Source of the DNA: an uncultured Gemmatimonadales bacterium
GTDB taxonomy: Bacteria; Gemmatimonadota; Gemmatimonadetes; Gemmatimonadales; GWC2-71-9
Length of the DNA stretch: 64,000 nt
Direction: 5' to 3'
NCBI GenBank assembly: GCA_963795085.1
Contig: CAWCFX010000001.1
Location: forward strand, 416,001 to 480,000
This document shows, one piece after another, positions 26,791 through 36,986 of this stretch. The notes beneath the pieces were generated by a model. The model did not search any database, was not told the origin of the DNA, and saw only the letters and a program-made list of their open reading frames with translations. A program made the translations under genes and the position numbers. The first letter of the stretch is position 1; every line of letters begins with the position of its first letter.

Positions 26791-27921
26791 ATGCCGAGTA
26801 AACCCCGTTCGCGAGGCGGCCGTTCCGGGCAGGTCCGGTACGCCGTGGTCGGCCTGGGTCATATTGCCCAGGTCGCTGTGCTCCCGGCGTTCGCGCATGC
26901 CAAGACCCGGGCCCGGCTCGCGGCCCTGGTCTCCGATGACCCGGAAAAACTCCAGAAACTGGGGGACCGCTACGGGGTGGACCGGCGCGTCGCCTACGAC
27001 GGCTACGACGAGCTGCTGCGCAGCGGCGAGGTGGACGCGGTCTATATCGCCCTGCCCAATCACCTGCATCGCGAGTACACCGAGCGGGCCGCGGCCGCGG
27101 GCATCCACGTCCTGTGCGAAAAACCGATGGCCGTCACCGAACAGGATTGCCGGGCCATGATCCGGGCCTGCCAGGAAAACCAGGTGCGGCTGATGATCGC
27201 CTACCGGCTGCATTTCGAGCCGGCCAACCTGCGGGCCGCCGAACTGGTGCAGGACGGCAGCCTGGGCGATGTCCGGATCTTCAACTCGGTGTTCACCATG
27301 CAGGTGCGGGAGGGCGATATCCGGTTGCGGCAGGAGACCGGGGGCGGAACCCTCTACGATATCGGCATTTACTGCCTTAATGCGGCGCGGTATCTCTTTC
27401 GCGCCGAGCCGGTGGAGGTGTTCGCTTTCGCGGCCAGCACGGGGGAAACCCGCTTCCGGGAAGTGGACGAAATGACCACGGCGGTGCTTCGCTATCCGGA
27501 CGAGCGGGTCGCCTCCTTCACCGTCAGTTTCGGAGCCGGCGATGTGTCCAGCTACCGGCTGGTGGGGAGCGAGGGAAGCCTTCGGGTCGAGCCCGCCTAC
27601 GAGTACGCGGGGCCGCTCAAGCACTTTCTGACCCGGGGCGACCAGACGAAGCAGCAGACCTTCCGGAAACGGGACCAGTTTGCGGCGGAACTGGATTACT
27701 TCTCCCGCTGTGTCCTCGAGGGGACCGAGCCGGAGCCATCGGGCGCTGAAGGGCTGGCGGACGTCCAGATCATCGAAGCGTTGTTGCGCTCGGCCCAGAC
27801 CGGCCGACCGGTAAGCCTGGACATCGAATCCGACGTCCCGCCGGGCCGGGACCAGGAATACCACAAGCCGTCGACCAGGAAGCCGGCACTGGTCAACACG
27901 AAGTCTCCTTCCCTGGATTAG
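26791..27921 (+). CDS. Gfo/Idh/MocA-family oxidoreductase (glucose-fructose oxidoreductase-like)
   Basis: YAVVGLG.IA, DAVYIALPN.LH, HVLCEKPMA, GGG.LYDIGIYC.NA. Confidence 0.93.
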   Translation: MPSKPRSRGGRSGQVRYAVVGLGHIAQVAVLPAFAHAKTRARLAALVSDDPEKLQKLGDRYGVDRRVAYDGYDELLRSGEVDAVYIALPNHLHREYTERAAAAGIHVLCEKPMAVTEQDCRAMIRACQENQVRLMIAYRLHFEPANLRAAELVQDGSLGDVRIFNSVFTMQVREGDIRLRQETGGGTLYDIGIYCLNAARYLFRAEPVEVFAFAASTGETRFREVDEMTTAVLRYPDERVASFTVSFGAGDVSSYRLVGSEGSLRVEPAYEYAGPLKHFLTRGDQTKQQTFRKRDQFAAELDYFSRCVLEGTEPEPSGAEGLADVQIIEALLRSAQTGRPVSLDIESDVPPGRDQEYHKPSTRKPALVNTKSPSLD

Positions 27922-27962
27922 GACACTTGGGGGGAGGATGGCTGCTGGCGCCACCCGCGACG

Positions 27963-27978
27963 TGGCGTGGGGCTTGCA
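27963..27978 (+). promoter_or_regulatory. Candidate sigma54 promoter
   Basis: TGGCGTGGGGCTTGCA (-24/-12), 30 nt before the fasciclin start. Confidence 0.65.
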
Positions 27979-28008
27979 ACGGGTGTTCCCGGCTTTCAAG
28001 GAGGCGTT

Positions 28009-28560
28009 ATGCGACTGCCGATCATTGCCATCGGGATTTCCCTGCTCACGGCGGCGACGCTGCCGGCGACCGCGCAGCAGCGGGGCAACAAGGACTTGAT
28101 TCTTACCCTCAGAACCGCGGGGAACTTTACTGTCTTTCTCCAGGCGGTCGAAGGGGCCGGCATGACCCAGCAGCTTCGGGGCGGGGCGCAGTACACCATC
28201 TTTGCCCCCACCGACGATGCCTTTGGCCGGCTCTCGGGGGCGCACCGGGATTCCCTGCTTCGTGATCCGGCGGCACTCCAGGCACTGGTCGCGAACCACG
28301 TGGTCGAAGGCCGGGTGACCGCAGAGGAGGCCCGGTCGGGTCAGGGGATGAGTTTCCTGGGCGGAACCGCGGTCCGGGTGGACGGCTCGGGGCGGTATGT
28401 CCGGGTCAACGGCGCCCAGGTGATCAAGGCCGACATGCTGGCCAGCAACGGAATCATCCACGTCGTGGACCAGGTATGGACCCCCCCGCTCAGGGTGCGG
28501 GTCCGGGGCACCACGCCCGCCGATTCCGCCCAACGGGCGAGCTCCCCGCCCGGGAACTAG
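28009..28560 (+). CDS. Secreted fasciclin (FAS1) domain protein
   Basis: SD AGGAGG, signal peptide, YTIFAPTDDAF, NGIIHVVD. Confidence 0.92.
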   Translation: MRLPIIAIGISLLTAATLPATAQQRGNKDLILTLRTAGNFTVFLQAVEGAGMTQQLRGGAQYTIFAPTDDAFGRLSGAHRDSLLRDPAALQALVANHVVEGRVTAEEARSGQGMSFLGGTAVRVDGSGRYVRVNGAQVIKADMLASNGIIHVVDQVWTPPLRVRVRGTTPADSAQRASSPPGN

Positions 28561-28573
28561 TCCCCGATCCATT

Positions 28574-28599
28574 GGCCCGGCTTGCTGCCGGGCCTTTTT
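28574..28599 (+). terminator. Intrinsic terminator
   Basis: GGCCCGGC-TTGCT-GCCGGGCC-TTTTT. Confidence 0.85.
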
Positions 28600-28647
28600 C
28601 GTTCCCCGCCTTCCGCGCTCCGGGGGAATCCCTATTATTCCGGTACC

Positions 28648-29391
28648 ATGTTCCCGTACCGCGACGAGAATCCCCAGTTCAAGACGCCGCTCGTGACGAT
28701 CGGGTTCATCACCGTCAACGTACTGGCGTGGGTGTTCGTGCAGGGCATGGGGGCCGAGCCGTCGCTCTCGGCGTCGGTCTGCCGGCTGGGGCTCATTCCC
28801 GCGGATTTCCTGGAGCGGGTCAACGGGGAAGTGACCATTCCGATGAGCCGCGAGCTGGCCTGCATCATCACCGGCGAGCGGCAATGGTACACGCCGCTTT
28901 CCTCCATGTTCATGCATGGAAGCTGGCTCCACCTGATCGGGAACATGTGGTTCCTCTGGGTCTTTGGAAACAACGTGGAAGACTCGATGGGCCACCCGCG
29001 CTACGCCGCGTTCTACCTGCTCTGCGGCCTGGCGGCCGCCACGGCCCAGACCGTGACCGACCCGAGCTCCCTGATCCCCATGGTTGGCGCCTCGGGCGCC
29101 ATTGGCGGCGTCATGGGGGCGTACATCGTCCTGTACCCGCGGGTCCGGGTGCACATGCTCGTCTTCCTTGGATTCTACATCACCACTATCGTGGTGCCCG
29201 CGTTCGTCATGCTGGGATACTGGTTCCTGCTCCAGCTGCTGAGCGGCCTGCCCTCCCTGGGAAGCAAGGAAGGCGGGGTCGCCTTCTGGGCCCACGTGGG
29301 CGGGTTCGTGGCCGGCGCGGTCCTGGTCCTTCTCTTTCGCAACCGCGAACTGGTGGAACGGCACCGGCTTGCCCGGCTGGCCGCCCGATGA
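28648..29391 (+). CDS. Rhomboid family intramembrane serine protease
   Basis: MF.H...LHL.GNM, GASG catalytic Ser, AHVGG catalytic His. Confidence 0.93.
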   Translation: MFPYRDENPQFKTPLVTIGFITVNVLAWVFVQGMGAEPSLSASVCRLGLIPADFLERVNGEVTIPMSRELACIITGERQWYTPLSSMFMHGSWLHLIGNMWFLWVFGNNVEDSMGHPRYAAFYLLCGLAAATAQTVTDPSSLIPMVGASGAIGGVMGAYIVLYPRVRVHMLVFLGFYITTIVVPAFVMLGYWFLLQLLSGLPSLGSKEGGVAFWAHVGGFVAGAVLVLLFRNRELVERHRLARLAAR

Positions 29392-30392
29392 GCGGCTCCG
29401 CTCCGACCGGCTCGGCCGCGGTGGCCGCCCCCGCCTTGGCGCCGCTGCTTCGCAACCCGGGAACCGGGCTGGACCCGGGCTGGATCCGGGAGATCCGGGT
29501 GAACCGGAGCGCGGTGGAGCGGCGCGCTTCGACCCTGGTCAAACGGCGGACGGTGAAGAAAGAATGGCAGGCCGCCTGGCTGCTCCGGGCGGTCACCTGC
29601 ATGGATCTCACGACCCTGGCGGGAGACGACACCGCAGGCCGGGTCCGGCGGCTCTGCGCCAAGGCGCGCCGGCCGGTGCGGCAGGAGCTGCTCGATGACC
29701 TGGGTGCCGGCGCCCTGCCGATCCGGGTGGCCGCCGTTTGCGTGTACCACGCCATGGTGCCGGCGGCGGTCGAAGCGCTCGCGGGCTCCGGGATCCCGGT
29801 GGCCGCGGTCTCCACCGGGTTCCCGGCCGGGCTCTCACCCTTCGCGACTCGGCTGGCGGAGATCAAGGCCTCGGTGGCCGCGGGCGCCGCCGAGATCGAC
29901 ATCGTGGTCACCCGCGCCCACGTGCTCACCCAGAACTGGCAGGCCCTCTACGACGAGGTGGGCGCCTTCCGGGAGGCCTGTGGCGACGCCCACATCAAGA
30001 CGATCCTGGCCACCGGCGAACTGGGAACTTTCAGGAACGTCGCCCGGGCCAGTGCCGTGTGTATGATGGCGGGGGCCGACTTCATCAAGACCTCCACCGG
30101 CAAGGAAACCGTCAATGCCACGCTGCCGGTCGGGTTGGTGATGGCCCGGGCCATCCGGGAGTACCGGGAACGCACCGGTTTTCTGGTCGGACTCAAACCG
30201 GCCGGCGGCATCCGTACCGCCCGGGAATCGCTCGACTGGCTGGCGCTGATGAAGGAAGAACTGGGCGACCGCTGGCTCCGCTCCGACCTCTTCCGGTTCG
30301 GCGCGAGTTCGCTTCTCGGCGACATCGAACGCCAGCTCGAACACTTCGCCACCGGCAGGTACTCGGCGGGCTATCGGCATCCGATGGCCTAG
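29388..30392 (+). CDS. deoC: Deoxyribose-phosphate aldolase (long type)
   Basis: DLTTL.GDDT, GFP.G, EIDIV, GADFIKTSTGK, KPAGGI, FRFGASSLL. ATGA overlap with the rhomboid gene. Confidence 0.95.
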   Translation: MSGSAPTGSAAVAAPALAPLLRNPGTGLDPGWIREIRVNRSAVERRASTLVKRRTVKKEWQAAWLLRAVTCMDLTTLAGDDTAGRVRRLCAKARRPVRQELLDDLGAGALPIRVAAVCVYHAMVPAAVEALAGSGIPVAAVSTGFPAGLSPFATRLAEIKASVAAGAAEIDIVVTRAHVLTQNWQALYDEVGAFREACGDAHIKTILATGELGTFRNVARASAVCMMAGADFIKTSTGKETVNATLPVGLVMARAIREYRERTGFLVGLKPAGGIRTARESLDWLALMKEELGDRWLRSDLFRFGASSLLGDIERQLEHFATGRYSAGYRHPMA

Positions 30393-30459
30393 GCGGACGG
30401 CAGCATCGCGGTTTCAGATGGCAGGTGGAGCGGAAGCGCACATTCCTTTGAGAGGACAC

Positions 30460-32862
30460 ATGGCCTCGATACCGGAAATCTTCGAGACGATGGCCTGGGG
30501 CCCGGCGCCGGAGGCGGAGGGGCCGGCGGCCGAATGGCTCGACCGGCACGGCCGGGAATTCGGGCTCTTCATCAACGGAGCGTGGGATGCGCCGGCGGCG
30601 GGCGCGCGGTTCGACACGGTGAACCCGGCGACGGCCAGGCCGCTGGCCCGGGTGGCGCAGGCCGGCGATGCCGATGTGGGCCGGGCGGTCGAGGCCGCCC
30701 GGGCGGCACTCTCTCCCTGGCAGGCGATCGGCGGCCATGCCCGGGCCCGCTATCTCTATGCCCTGGCGCGGCAGGTTCAGAAACACTCCCGGCTCTTCGC
30801 GGTGCTGGAGTCGCTGGACAACGGCAAGCCGATCCGGGAATCGCGGGATATCGACATCCCCCTGGTGGCCCGCCATTTCTACTACCACGCCGGCTGGGCC
30901 CAGCTCATGGAGCGGGAGCTGCCCGGGTACGGCCCGGTGGGCGTGATCGGCCAGATCATCCCGTGGAACTTTCCGCTGCTCATGCTGTCCTGGAAGATTG
31001 CCCCCGCCCTGGCGATGGGGAACACCGTGGTGCTCAAGCCGGCCGAGTTCACGTCGCTGACCGCACTGCTGTTCGCCGATATCTGCGCCGAGGCCGGCCT
31101 GCCGCGGGGCGTCGTCAACATCGTGACCGGCGACGGGCGTACGGGCGAGGCGCTCGTCAGGCATCCCGGCGTGGACAAGATCGCCTTCACCGGGTCCACC
31201 GATGTGGGCCGCATCATCCGCACGGCCACCGCGGGCACCGGCAAGAAGCTGTCGCTCGAACTGGGAGGCAAGTCGCCCTTTATCGTGTTCGAGGATGCCG
31301 ATCTCGACAGCGTGGTCGAGGGCGTGGTGGATGCCATCTGGTTCAACCAGGGGCAGGTGTGCTGCGCCGGGTCCCGGATCCTGGCCCAGGAGGGCATTGC
31401 CGAGCGGCTGATTGCCAAGCTCAAGGCGCGGATGGAAACGCTCCGGGTCGGCAATTCGCTCGACAAGGCGGTGGACATCGGCGCCATCATCGCGCCGGTG
31501 CAGCTGGACAAGATCCGGGACCTGGTGCAGCAGGGGGCGAAGGAAGGGGCCGCGATGTGGCAGCCCTCCTGGAGCTGCCCCGCCGAAGGGTACTTCTATC
31601 CGCCCACGCTGTTCACCGACGTGGCGCCGTCCTCGACCGTTGCCCAGGTCGAAATTTTCGGGCCGGTGGTGGTGCTGATGACCTTCCGGACTCCGGAGGA
31701 ATCGGTGGAGCTGGCCAACAATACCCGGTACGGACTGGCGGCCAGCCTGTGGACCGAGAACATCAACCTTGCCCTGGATATCGCCCCCAAGGTGAAAGCC
31801 GGCACGGTCTGGATCAACTGCACCAATGTCTTTGACGCGGCGGCGGGGTTCGGGGGATACCGGGAGAGTGGGTTCGGACGGGAAGGAGGGAAGGAGGGGC
31901 TGTGGGAATACCTGGCGGCCAGGGGGTCGGAGGGCAGGGTGGCCGAAACGGCAGCAATCCCCGCTGCTTCGGCGAGTCCCCAAGCCTCAATGGTGTCCAC
32001 CCACCGCTCCGACCCTCCCGCCGGCCTCCCGCCCATTGATCGTACCGCCAAGCTCTTCATCGGCGGCAAGCAGGCCCGCCCCGATTCAGGATACAGTCAC
32101 CCGGTGCACGGCGTGGACGGGTCCCTGCTCGCGGAGGTGGGGCAGGGAAACCGGAAGGACATCCGGAACGCGGTGGAGGCGGCGCAGAAGGGGGCCGGCT
32201 GGGCCCGTGCCACCGCGCATACCCGGGCCCAGGTCCTGTACTACCTCGCGGAGAACCTCGCGGCACGGGGGGAGGAGTTTGCCCGCCGGGTGCGGGCGCT
32301 GACCGGCCAGCCGGGCGAAGCGGAGGTGGAGCTGGCGATCCGCCGGCTCTATTCAGCGGCGGCGTGGGCCGACAAGTGGGATGGCGCGGTGCATCACACC
32401 CCGTTCCGGAACGTGACCCTGGCCATGCCGGAGGCACTGGGCGCGATGGGCATTGTCTGTCCGGAGGAGCTGCCGCTGCTGGGCTTCGTCTCCGCGGTCA
32501 TGCCGGCCCTCGCGATGGGCAACCGGGTGATCGCCGTGCCATCGGCGCGGTTCCCCCTCGCGGTCACCGATTTCTACCAGGTGATCGAGACATCCGATGT
32601 CCCGGCGGGGGTCATCAATATTGTCACCGGTGACCGGGATGAGCTGACCCGGGTGCTGGCCGCGCACGATGACGTGGACGGGCTCTGGTATTTCGGCTCG
32701 GCGGAGGGGAGCGCCGAGGTCGAACGCCTCGCCGCCGGGAACATGAAACGGACCTGGGTAAACTACGGCAAGCCGCGGGACTGGATGGCGGCGGGCGAGG
32801 GCGAGGAGTTTCTCCGCCACGCCACCCAGGTCAAGAATATCTGGATTCCGTACGGGGAGTGA
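30460..32862 (+). CDS. Aldehyde dehydrogenase with a duplicated degenerate C-terminal ALDH domain (ALDH16-like)
   Basis: PWNFPL, FTGST, LELGGKSP, FNQGQVCCA, EIFGPV. The second domain lacks the catalytic part. About 800 aa. Confidence 0.93.
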   Translation: MASIPEIFETMAWGPAPEAEGPAAEWLDRHGREFGLFINGAWDAPAAGARFDTVNPATARPLARVAQAGDADVGRAVEAARAALSPWQAIGGHARARYLYALARQVQKHSRLFAVLESLDNGKPIRESRDIDIPLVARHFYYHAGWAQLMERELPGYGPVGVIGQIIPWNFPLLMLSWKIAPALAMGNTVVLKPAEFTSLTALLFADICAEAGLPRGVVNIVTGDGRTGEALVRHPGVDKIAFTGSTDVGRIIRTATAGTGKKLSLELGGKSPFIVFEDADLDSVVEGVVDAIWFNQGQVCCAGSRILAQEGIAERLIAKLKARMETLRVGNSLDKAVDIGAIIAPVQLDKIRDLVQQGAKEGAAMWQPSWSCPAEGYFYPPTLFTDVAPSSTVAQVEIFGPVVVLMTFRTPEESVELANNTRYGLAASLWTENINLALDIAPKVKAGTVWINCTNVFDAAAGFGGYRESGFGREGGKEGLWEYLAARGSEGRVAETAAIPAASASPQASMVSTHRSDPPAGLPPIDRTAKLFIGGKQARPDSGYSHPVHGVDGSLLAEVGQGNRKDIRNAVEAAQKGAGWARATAHTRAQVLYYLAENLAARGEEFARRVRALTGQPGEAEVELAIRRLYSAAAWADKWDGAVHHTPFRNVTLAMPEALGAMGIVCPEELPLLGFVSAVMPALAMGNRVIAVPSARFPLAVTDFYQVIETSDVPAGVINIVTGDRDELTRVLAAHDDVDGLWYFGSAEGSAEVERLAAGNMKRTWVNYGKPRDWMAAGEGEEFLRHATQVKNIWIPYGE

Positions 32863-32867
32863 GGGAT

Positions 32868-32961
32868 AGGGGGACAGTGGGACAGTGGGACAGGGGGACA
32901 GGGGGACAGTGGGACAGTGGGACAGTGGGACAGTGGGTCAGTGGGTCAGGGGGTCAGGGGG
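32868..32961. repeat. Octamer tandem repeat (GGGWCAGK) ~11 copies
   Basis: Direct reading. The last copies overlap the kinase stop codon. Confidence 0.92.
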
Positions 32962-33777
32962 CGGGGGGGTGTCGGCGAGGGCGGCCCGCATGTCGTCGGC
33001 CCGTTGCCAGCGCAGGGTGGGTTCCTTGTCCATCGCCCTCATCAGGACTACGGCCAGCCGGTCCGGGGTGTCGGGGCGGACCTCCCGGACATCGGGTGGC
33101 GACTGGGTCAGTTGCATCTGCAGGACCATCGCTTCGCTCCGGTGCATGAAGGGAGGCCGGCCCGCCAGCGACTCGAAGAGCACGCACCCCAGCGAGTAGA
33201 GGTCACTCCGGTGGTCGGTGCTGTCGAGGGCGGCGACCTGCTCCGGGCTCATGTAGGTGGAGGTTCCCACCGTAAACCCCGACTTGGTCAGCCGTTCGGT
33301 GCCGGCCGCCTCGATGGCCTTGGCGATGCCGAAGTCCAGGAGCATGGCGCCTTCGGGGGACAGGATGATGTTGTCGGGCTTGACGTCCCGGTGCATGATG
33401 CCCCGATCGTGGGCGTACCCGAGGGCGGCGAGCAGGTCGCGGGCGATCCGCTGGACATCGTCGATGGACGCCCGTCGCACCCGGTCGAGGTGGGACCGCA
33501 GGGTGGGGCCTTCGGCGTAGCTCATGGTGTAGTACACCAGCCAGTTGCGCTCGCCGTAATCCAGCAGCCGGGTGATCAGGGGGTGATCCAGGCGGGAGAG
33601 CAGGGAGATCTCGCGGAGAAAACGCTCGGCGGTGACGCTGACCGCCAGCTCGGGGTGCAGCACCTTCAGCGCCACCTTCGCGCCCGCAAGGTCATAGGCA
33701 AGAAACACCCGACCCGCTCCGCCCCGCGCGACCTCACGCTCTACGGAATAGCGGTCTTTCAGTGCGTCCTGCACCAT
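32938..33777 (-). CDS. Hanks-type Ser/Thr protein kinase (catalytic domain only)
   Basis: VA.KV, RFLREI, HRDVKPDN, DFG, GT..YMSPEQ, D.YSLG. Confidence 0.93.
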   Translation of the reverse strand: MVQDALKDRYSVEREVARGGAGRVFLAYDLAGAKVALKVLHPELAVSVTAERFLREISLLSRLDHPLITRLLDYGERNWLVYYTMSYAEGPTLRSHLDRVRRASIDDVQRIARDLLAALGYAHDRGIMHRDVKPDNIILSPEGAMLLDFGIAKAIEAAGTERLTKSGFTVGTSTYMSPEQVAALDSTDHRSDLYSLGCVLFESLAGRPPFMHRSEAMVLQMQLTQSPPDVREVRPDTPDRLAVVLMRAMDKEPTLRWQRADDMRAALADTPPPPDPLTH

Positions 33778-33868
33778 GGGCAAGAGGTCGCGACGAATGG
33801 TCGGCTCCGCGGTCGGGGGCTGCGCAGGAAGGTCGCGCCAAGGGGGGCCAAGATCAAGCCTGACGGGG

Positions 33869-35431
33869 TCAGGTGGTACGGACAACCACCTCGCGGTCCA
33901 GGTAGCCGGCCAGCACATCGGCGAGACCGTTCGCGGAATGGCTTTCCAGCGAGAGGTCGGAGCCGGCCAGGCGGGGGAGGGCCGTAATGACCAGGCGGGA
34001 ACGGGTCAGCTCGGCCCGGACGGTCTCGACCGTCGCGGTGTGGCCCCGGTCGAGACCATCCGCGATGCGAAGCAGTCCGGACAGGCGGCGGACGGCCGCC
34101 TGGTCGGCGGGCGGCAGGGCGGCGAACTCCGGGTGTTTCTTGCGAGGGCCTCTCCGCCGGTGGTAGCGGCTGATGAGCGCCACCAGCAGCCGCTGGTGGG
34201 GGTCGAGGTTGAGCCGGTCGGCGTGCATGATCAACTGGTAGGAGTGCCGGTGGTGCCGCCGGTAACTCACCATCTGGCCGACATCGTGGAGCAGGGATGC
34301 GGCTTCCAGCAGGCTCCGTTCGCCTTCTCCCGCTTCCAGCGCTTCCGCCAGCTGGTCGAAGAGCTGGAGGGCCAGCAGCCGCACGTGTTCGACATGGCGG
34401 CGGTCCCCGTGGCAGCGTTCGACGAACTCGCGGATCAGCCGCAGCGGGTCCACCGCGATGGGCACCGACTCCGCCCCGACCATGTCCAGCAGCAGCCCCT
34501 CCCGCAGCCCATAGGCGCTGACGGTCAGCTCCCGGGCTTCGACCCAGTCGAGGATCGAGGCCGTCACCGCGATACCGGCGACGATGATGTCGGCGCGCTG
34601 GGGATTGAGCCCGGCGACGCGGATGCGCTGTTCCGGCGTCATCGGCCCCAGCCACTCGAGTAACTGCTCCACCTCGGCCACCCGCACGGTCAGCCCGTGG
34701 ACCGGGTTGGCGGGTGAGACACCGCGGCGCGCCGCGATCATCCGGCCGATGTTGGTAAAGGTTCCCCCGGAGCCGATCATACCGGCCCCGATCCACTCCT
34801 TGCCGGGAAAGGCTTTCTTCAGGCGCTTCCGGACCTGGGAGCGGAGGGCGGCGATCTCCTTCCGGGGGTCCCGTTTGCCGGGCAGGTGCACCTCGGTGGA
34901 CCGGACGGCCCCAAAGGGGAGCGAGGTGGAATACTCCACCAGCCCGTCCACCGCGCCGATCAGCTCGAGGCTGCCTCCGCCGATATCGGCGACGATCGTC
35001 CGGCCTCCCTCCAGCCGGAAGTGATGGGCCACCGACCGATAGGAGAGGCGGGCTTCTTCGTCGCCGTCGATGATCCGGAGCGGGATCTCCAGCTCCTCCC
35101 GGATCAGGTTGGTGAATTCCTCACCGTTCTCGGCCTCCCGCACCGCCGCGGTGGCGACGGCGTTGAGACGGCGGACGCCGCGCCGCTGGCAGATCTCCCG
35201 CATGCGCCGGAGGGTGGCGTAGGCCCGCTCGATGGCGATTTCATCCAGCCGCCCGGTGGTGGCGAGGCCGGCCGCGAGCCGGGGCTGTTCCTTGATCTCG
35301 TCGATGATGGTAAGGCCGGCGGCGGGATCATACTCCGCCACCACCAGCCGGATCGAGTTGGACCCGACGTCGATGGCGGCGATCCGCTCGCCGGCTTCGG
35401 TCGGGAGGGCGCGGGGCGGGGCGGCGCTCAT
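33869..35431 (-). CDS. ppx: Ppx/GppA exopolyphosphatase with HD domain
   Basis: IDVGSNSIR, ATAAVREA.N, DIGGGS.E, GLREG, LHDVG. Confidence 0.93.
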   Translation of the reverse strand: MSAAPPRALPTEAGERIAAIDVGSNSIRLVVAEYDPAAGLTIIDEIKEQPRLAAGLATTGRLDEIAIERAYATLRRMREICQRRGVRRLNAVATAAVREAENGEEFTNLIREELEIPLRIIDGDEEARLSYRSVAHHFRLEGGRTIVADIGGGSLELIGAVDGLVEYSTSLPFGAVRSTEVHLPGKRDPRKEIAALRSQVRKRLKKAFPGKEWIGAGMIGSGGTFTNIGRMIAARRGVSPANPVHGLTVRVAEVEQLLEWLGPMTPEQRIRVAGLNPQRADIIVAGIAVTASILDWVEARELTVSAYGLREGLLLDMVGAESVPIAVDPLRLIREFVERCHGDRRHVEHVRLLALQLFDQLAEALEAGEGERSLLEAASLLHDVGQMVSYRRHHRHSYQLIMHADRLNLDPHQRLLVALISRYHRRRGPRKKHPEFAALPPADQAAVRRLSGLLRIADGLDRGHTATVETVRAELTRSRLVITALPRLAGSDLSLESHSANGLADVLAGYLDREVVVRTT

Positions 35432-36144
35432 GCTGAAGGGGTGGCGGATGCCCCGCCGGGTCGGGATTCGCCGCGGTCTTCGGCATGGTGCTTGATCGAC
35501 TTGCCTTCGACCAGGAATACCACGTCTTCCGCGATGTTGGTGGCGAGGTCGGCGACCCGCTCGAGGTTCCGGCTGACCAGGAAGAGCTCCATGCCGGTGC
35601 CGATGGTATGGGGGTCTTCCATCATGTGGGTGAGCAGGATCCGGAAGACCGAGGAATGGAGTGCGTCCACCCGGTCGTCGCGCCGGCAGATCTCCCGCGC
35701 CGCCACCGGGTCGCTCCGGATGAATGCTTCCAGGGCATCGGACAGCATCTCTCGCGCCAGCCGGGCCATTTCCACTATCTCCGGCTCCGGCGCGATGGGA
35801 CGGGACTGGCTCAGCCGCTCGGCCGACTGGGCGATGTTGACCGCGTGGTCGCCGACCCGCTCGAGGTCGTTGGCGATCTTGAGCGCGGAGGTGAGCATCC
35901 GGAGGTCCCGTGCCATGGGCTGCTGGAGCGCGAGCAGGTTGATGGCCTGCTCTTCGACTTCCATCTCCATGTTGTCCACCACCCGGTCCCCCCGGATGAC
36001 GGTGCGGGCCTTGTCGGGGTCCCGCTCCAGCAGGGCCTCCACCGCGAGCCCCAGCGCGGCTTCGGCCTCACCGGACATGGTGAGGAGCCGGACCTTGACG
36101 TGGTTCAGCTCGTCGTGAAAGTGGCGGTGGCTATCGAGGGTCAT
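35428..36144 (-). CDS. phoU: Phosphate signalling protein PhoU
   Basis: [33 protein letters not shown]. Confidence 0.97.
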   Translation of the reverse strand: MTLDSHRHFHDELNHVKVRLLTMSGEAEAALGLAVEALLERDPDKARTVIRGDRVVDNMEMEVEEQAINLLALQQPMARDLRMLTSALKIANDLERVGDHAVNIAQSAERLSQSRPIAPEPEIVEMARLAREMLSDALEAFIRSDPVAAREICRRDDRVDALHSSVFRILLTHMMEDPHTIGTGMELFLVSRNLERVADLATNIAEDVVFLVEGKSIKHHAEDRGESRPGGASATPSA

Positions 36145-36986
36145 CCGAATCTCCCCGTAATGTAGGCCTCAGTGCGTTCCCTGGCCGGCGCCGTGAACAC
36201 GCGCTCGGTTTCGTCGAACTCGATCAGCTCGCCAGTGTCGAAGAAGCCGGTAAAGTCCGACACCCGGGCCGCCTGTTGCATGTTATGCGTGACGATGACG
36301 ATCGTGTAGTCCTTCTTCAACTCGAAGATCAGTTCCTCGACCCGCTGGGTGGCCACCGGGTCCAGGGCGGAGCAGGGCTCGTCCATCAGGAGCACCTCGG
36401 GCTGGTTGCCCAGCGCGCGGGCGATGCAGAGCCGCTGCTGCTGGCCGCCGGAGAGCCCGGTGGCCGGATCGTTCAGCCGGTCCTTCACCTCGTCCCAGAG
36501 GGCGGCCTGGCGGAGGCATTTCTCTACCGTGTCGGGCAGGTCGCGCCGGCTCACCAGGTTGTTGAGCCGGGGCCCGTAGGCGACGTTCTCGAACACCGAG
36601 CGGGGGAACGGGTTGGGCCGCTGGAATACCATGCCGATGCGCTGGCGGAGCGCCACCACGTCGGTGCCGGCGCCGTACACCGAGGTGCCCTGCAGCAGGA
36701 TGTCACCTTCCCAGCTGGTGCCCGGGATCAGCTCGTTGAGCCGGTTGATGGACCGGAGGAAGGTGGACTTGCCGCATCCGGACGGCCCGATGATCGCGGT
36801 GACCGCCTTCTGGGGGACCTCCAGGGTGATGCCGCGAAGGACCGGGCCCGCCCCGTAGGAAAAGCGGAAGTCCCGGGCCTGGATGGCGGGGTCGCCGGTG
36901 GCGACCCGGTGGCCGCCCCGGCCGGCGACCGTGACCCGGGGCACCAGGTTGGCCATGCCCGTGTCTCCCGCCGCTGGCACGCTCAT
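36141..36986 (-). CDS. pstB: Phosphate ABC transporter ATPase
   Basis: [39 protein letters not shown]. Confidence 0.96.
   Translation of the reverse strand: MSVPAAGDTGMANLVPRVTVAGRGGHRVATGDPAIQARDFRFSYGAGPVLRGITLEVPQKAVTAIIGPSGCGKSTFLRSINRLNELIPGTSWEGDILLQGTSVYGAGTDVVALRQRIGMVFQRPNPFPRSVFENVAYGPRLNNLVSRRDLPDTVEKCLRQAALWDEVKDRLNDPATGLSGGQQQRLCIARALGNQPEVLLMDEPCSALDPVATQRVEELIFELKKDYTIVIVTHNMQQAARVSDFTGFFDTGELIEFDETERVFTAPARERTEAYITGRFG

Noticed and set aside
26722..31983. Long minus-strand ORFs (880 aa and 596 aa)
   Set aside because: Antisense shadows of well-supported plus-strand genes.
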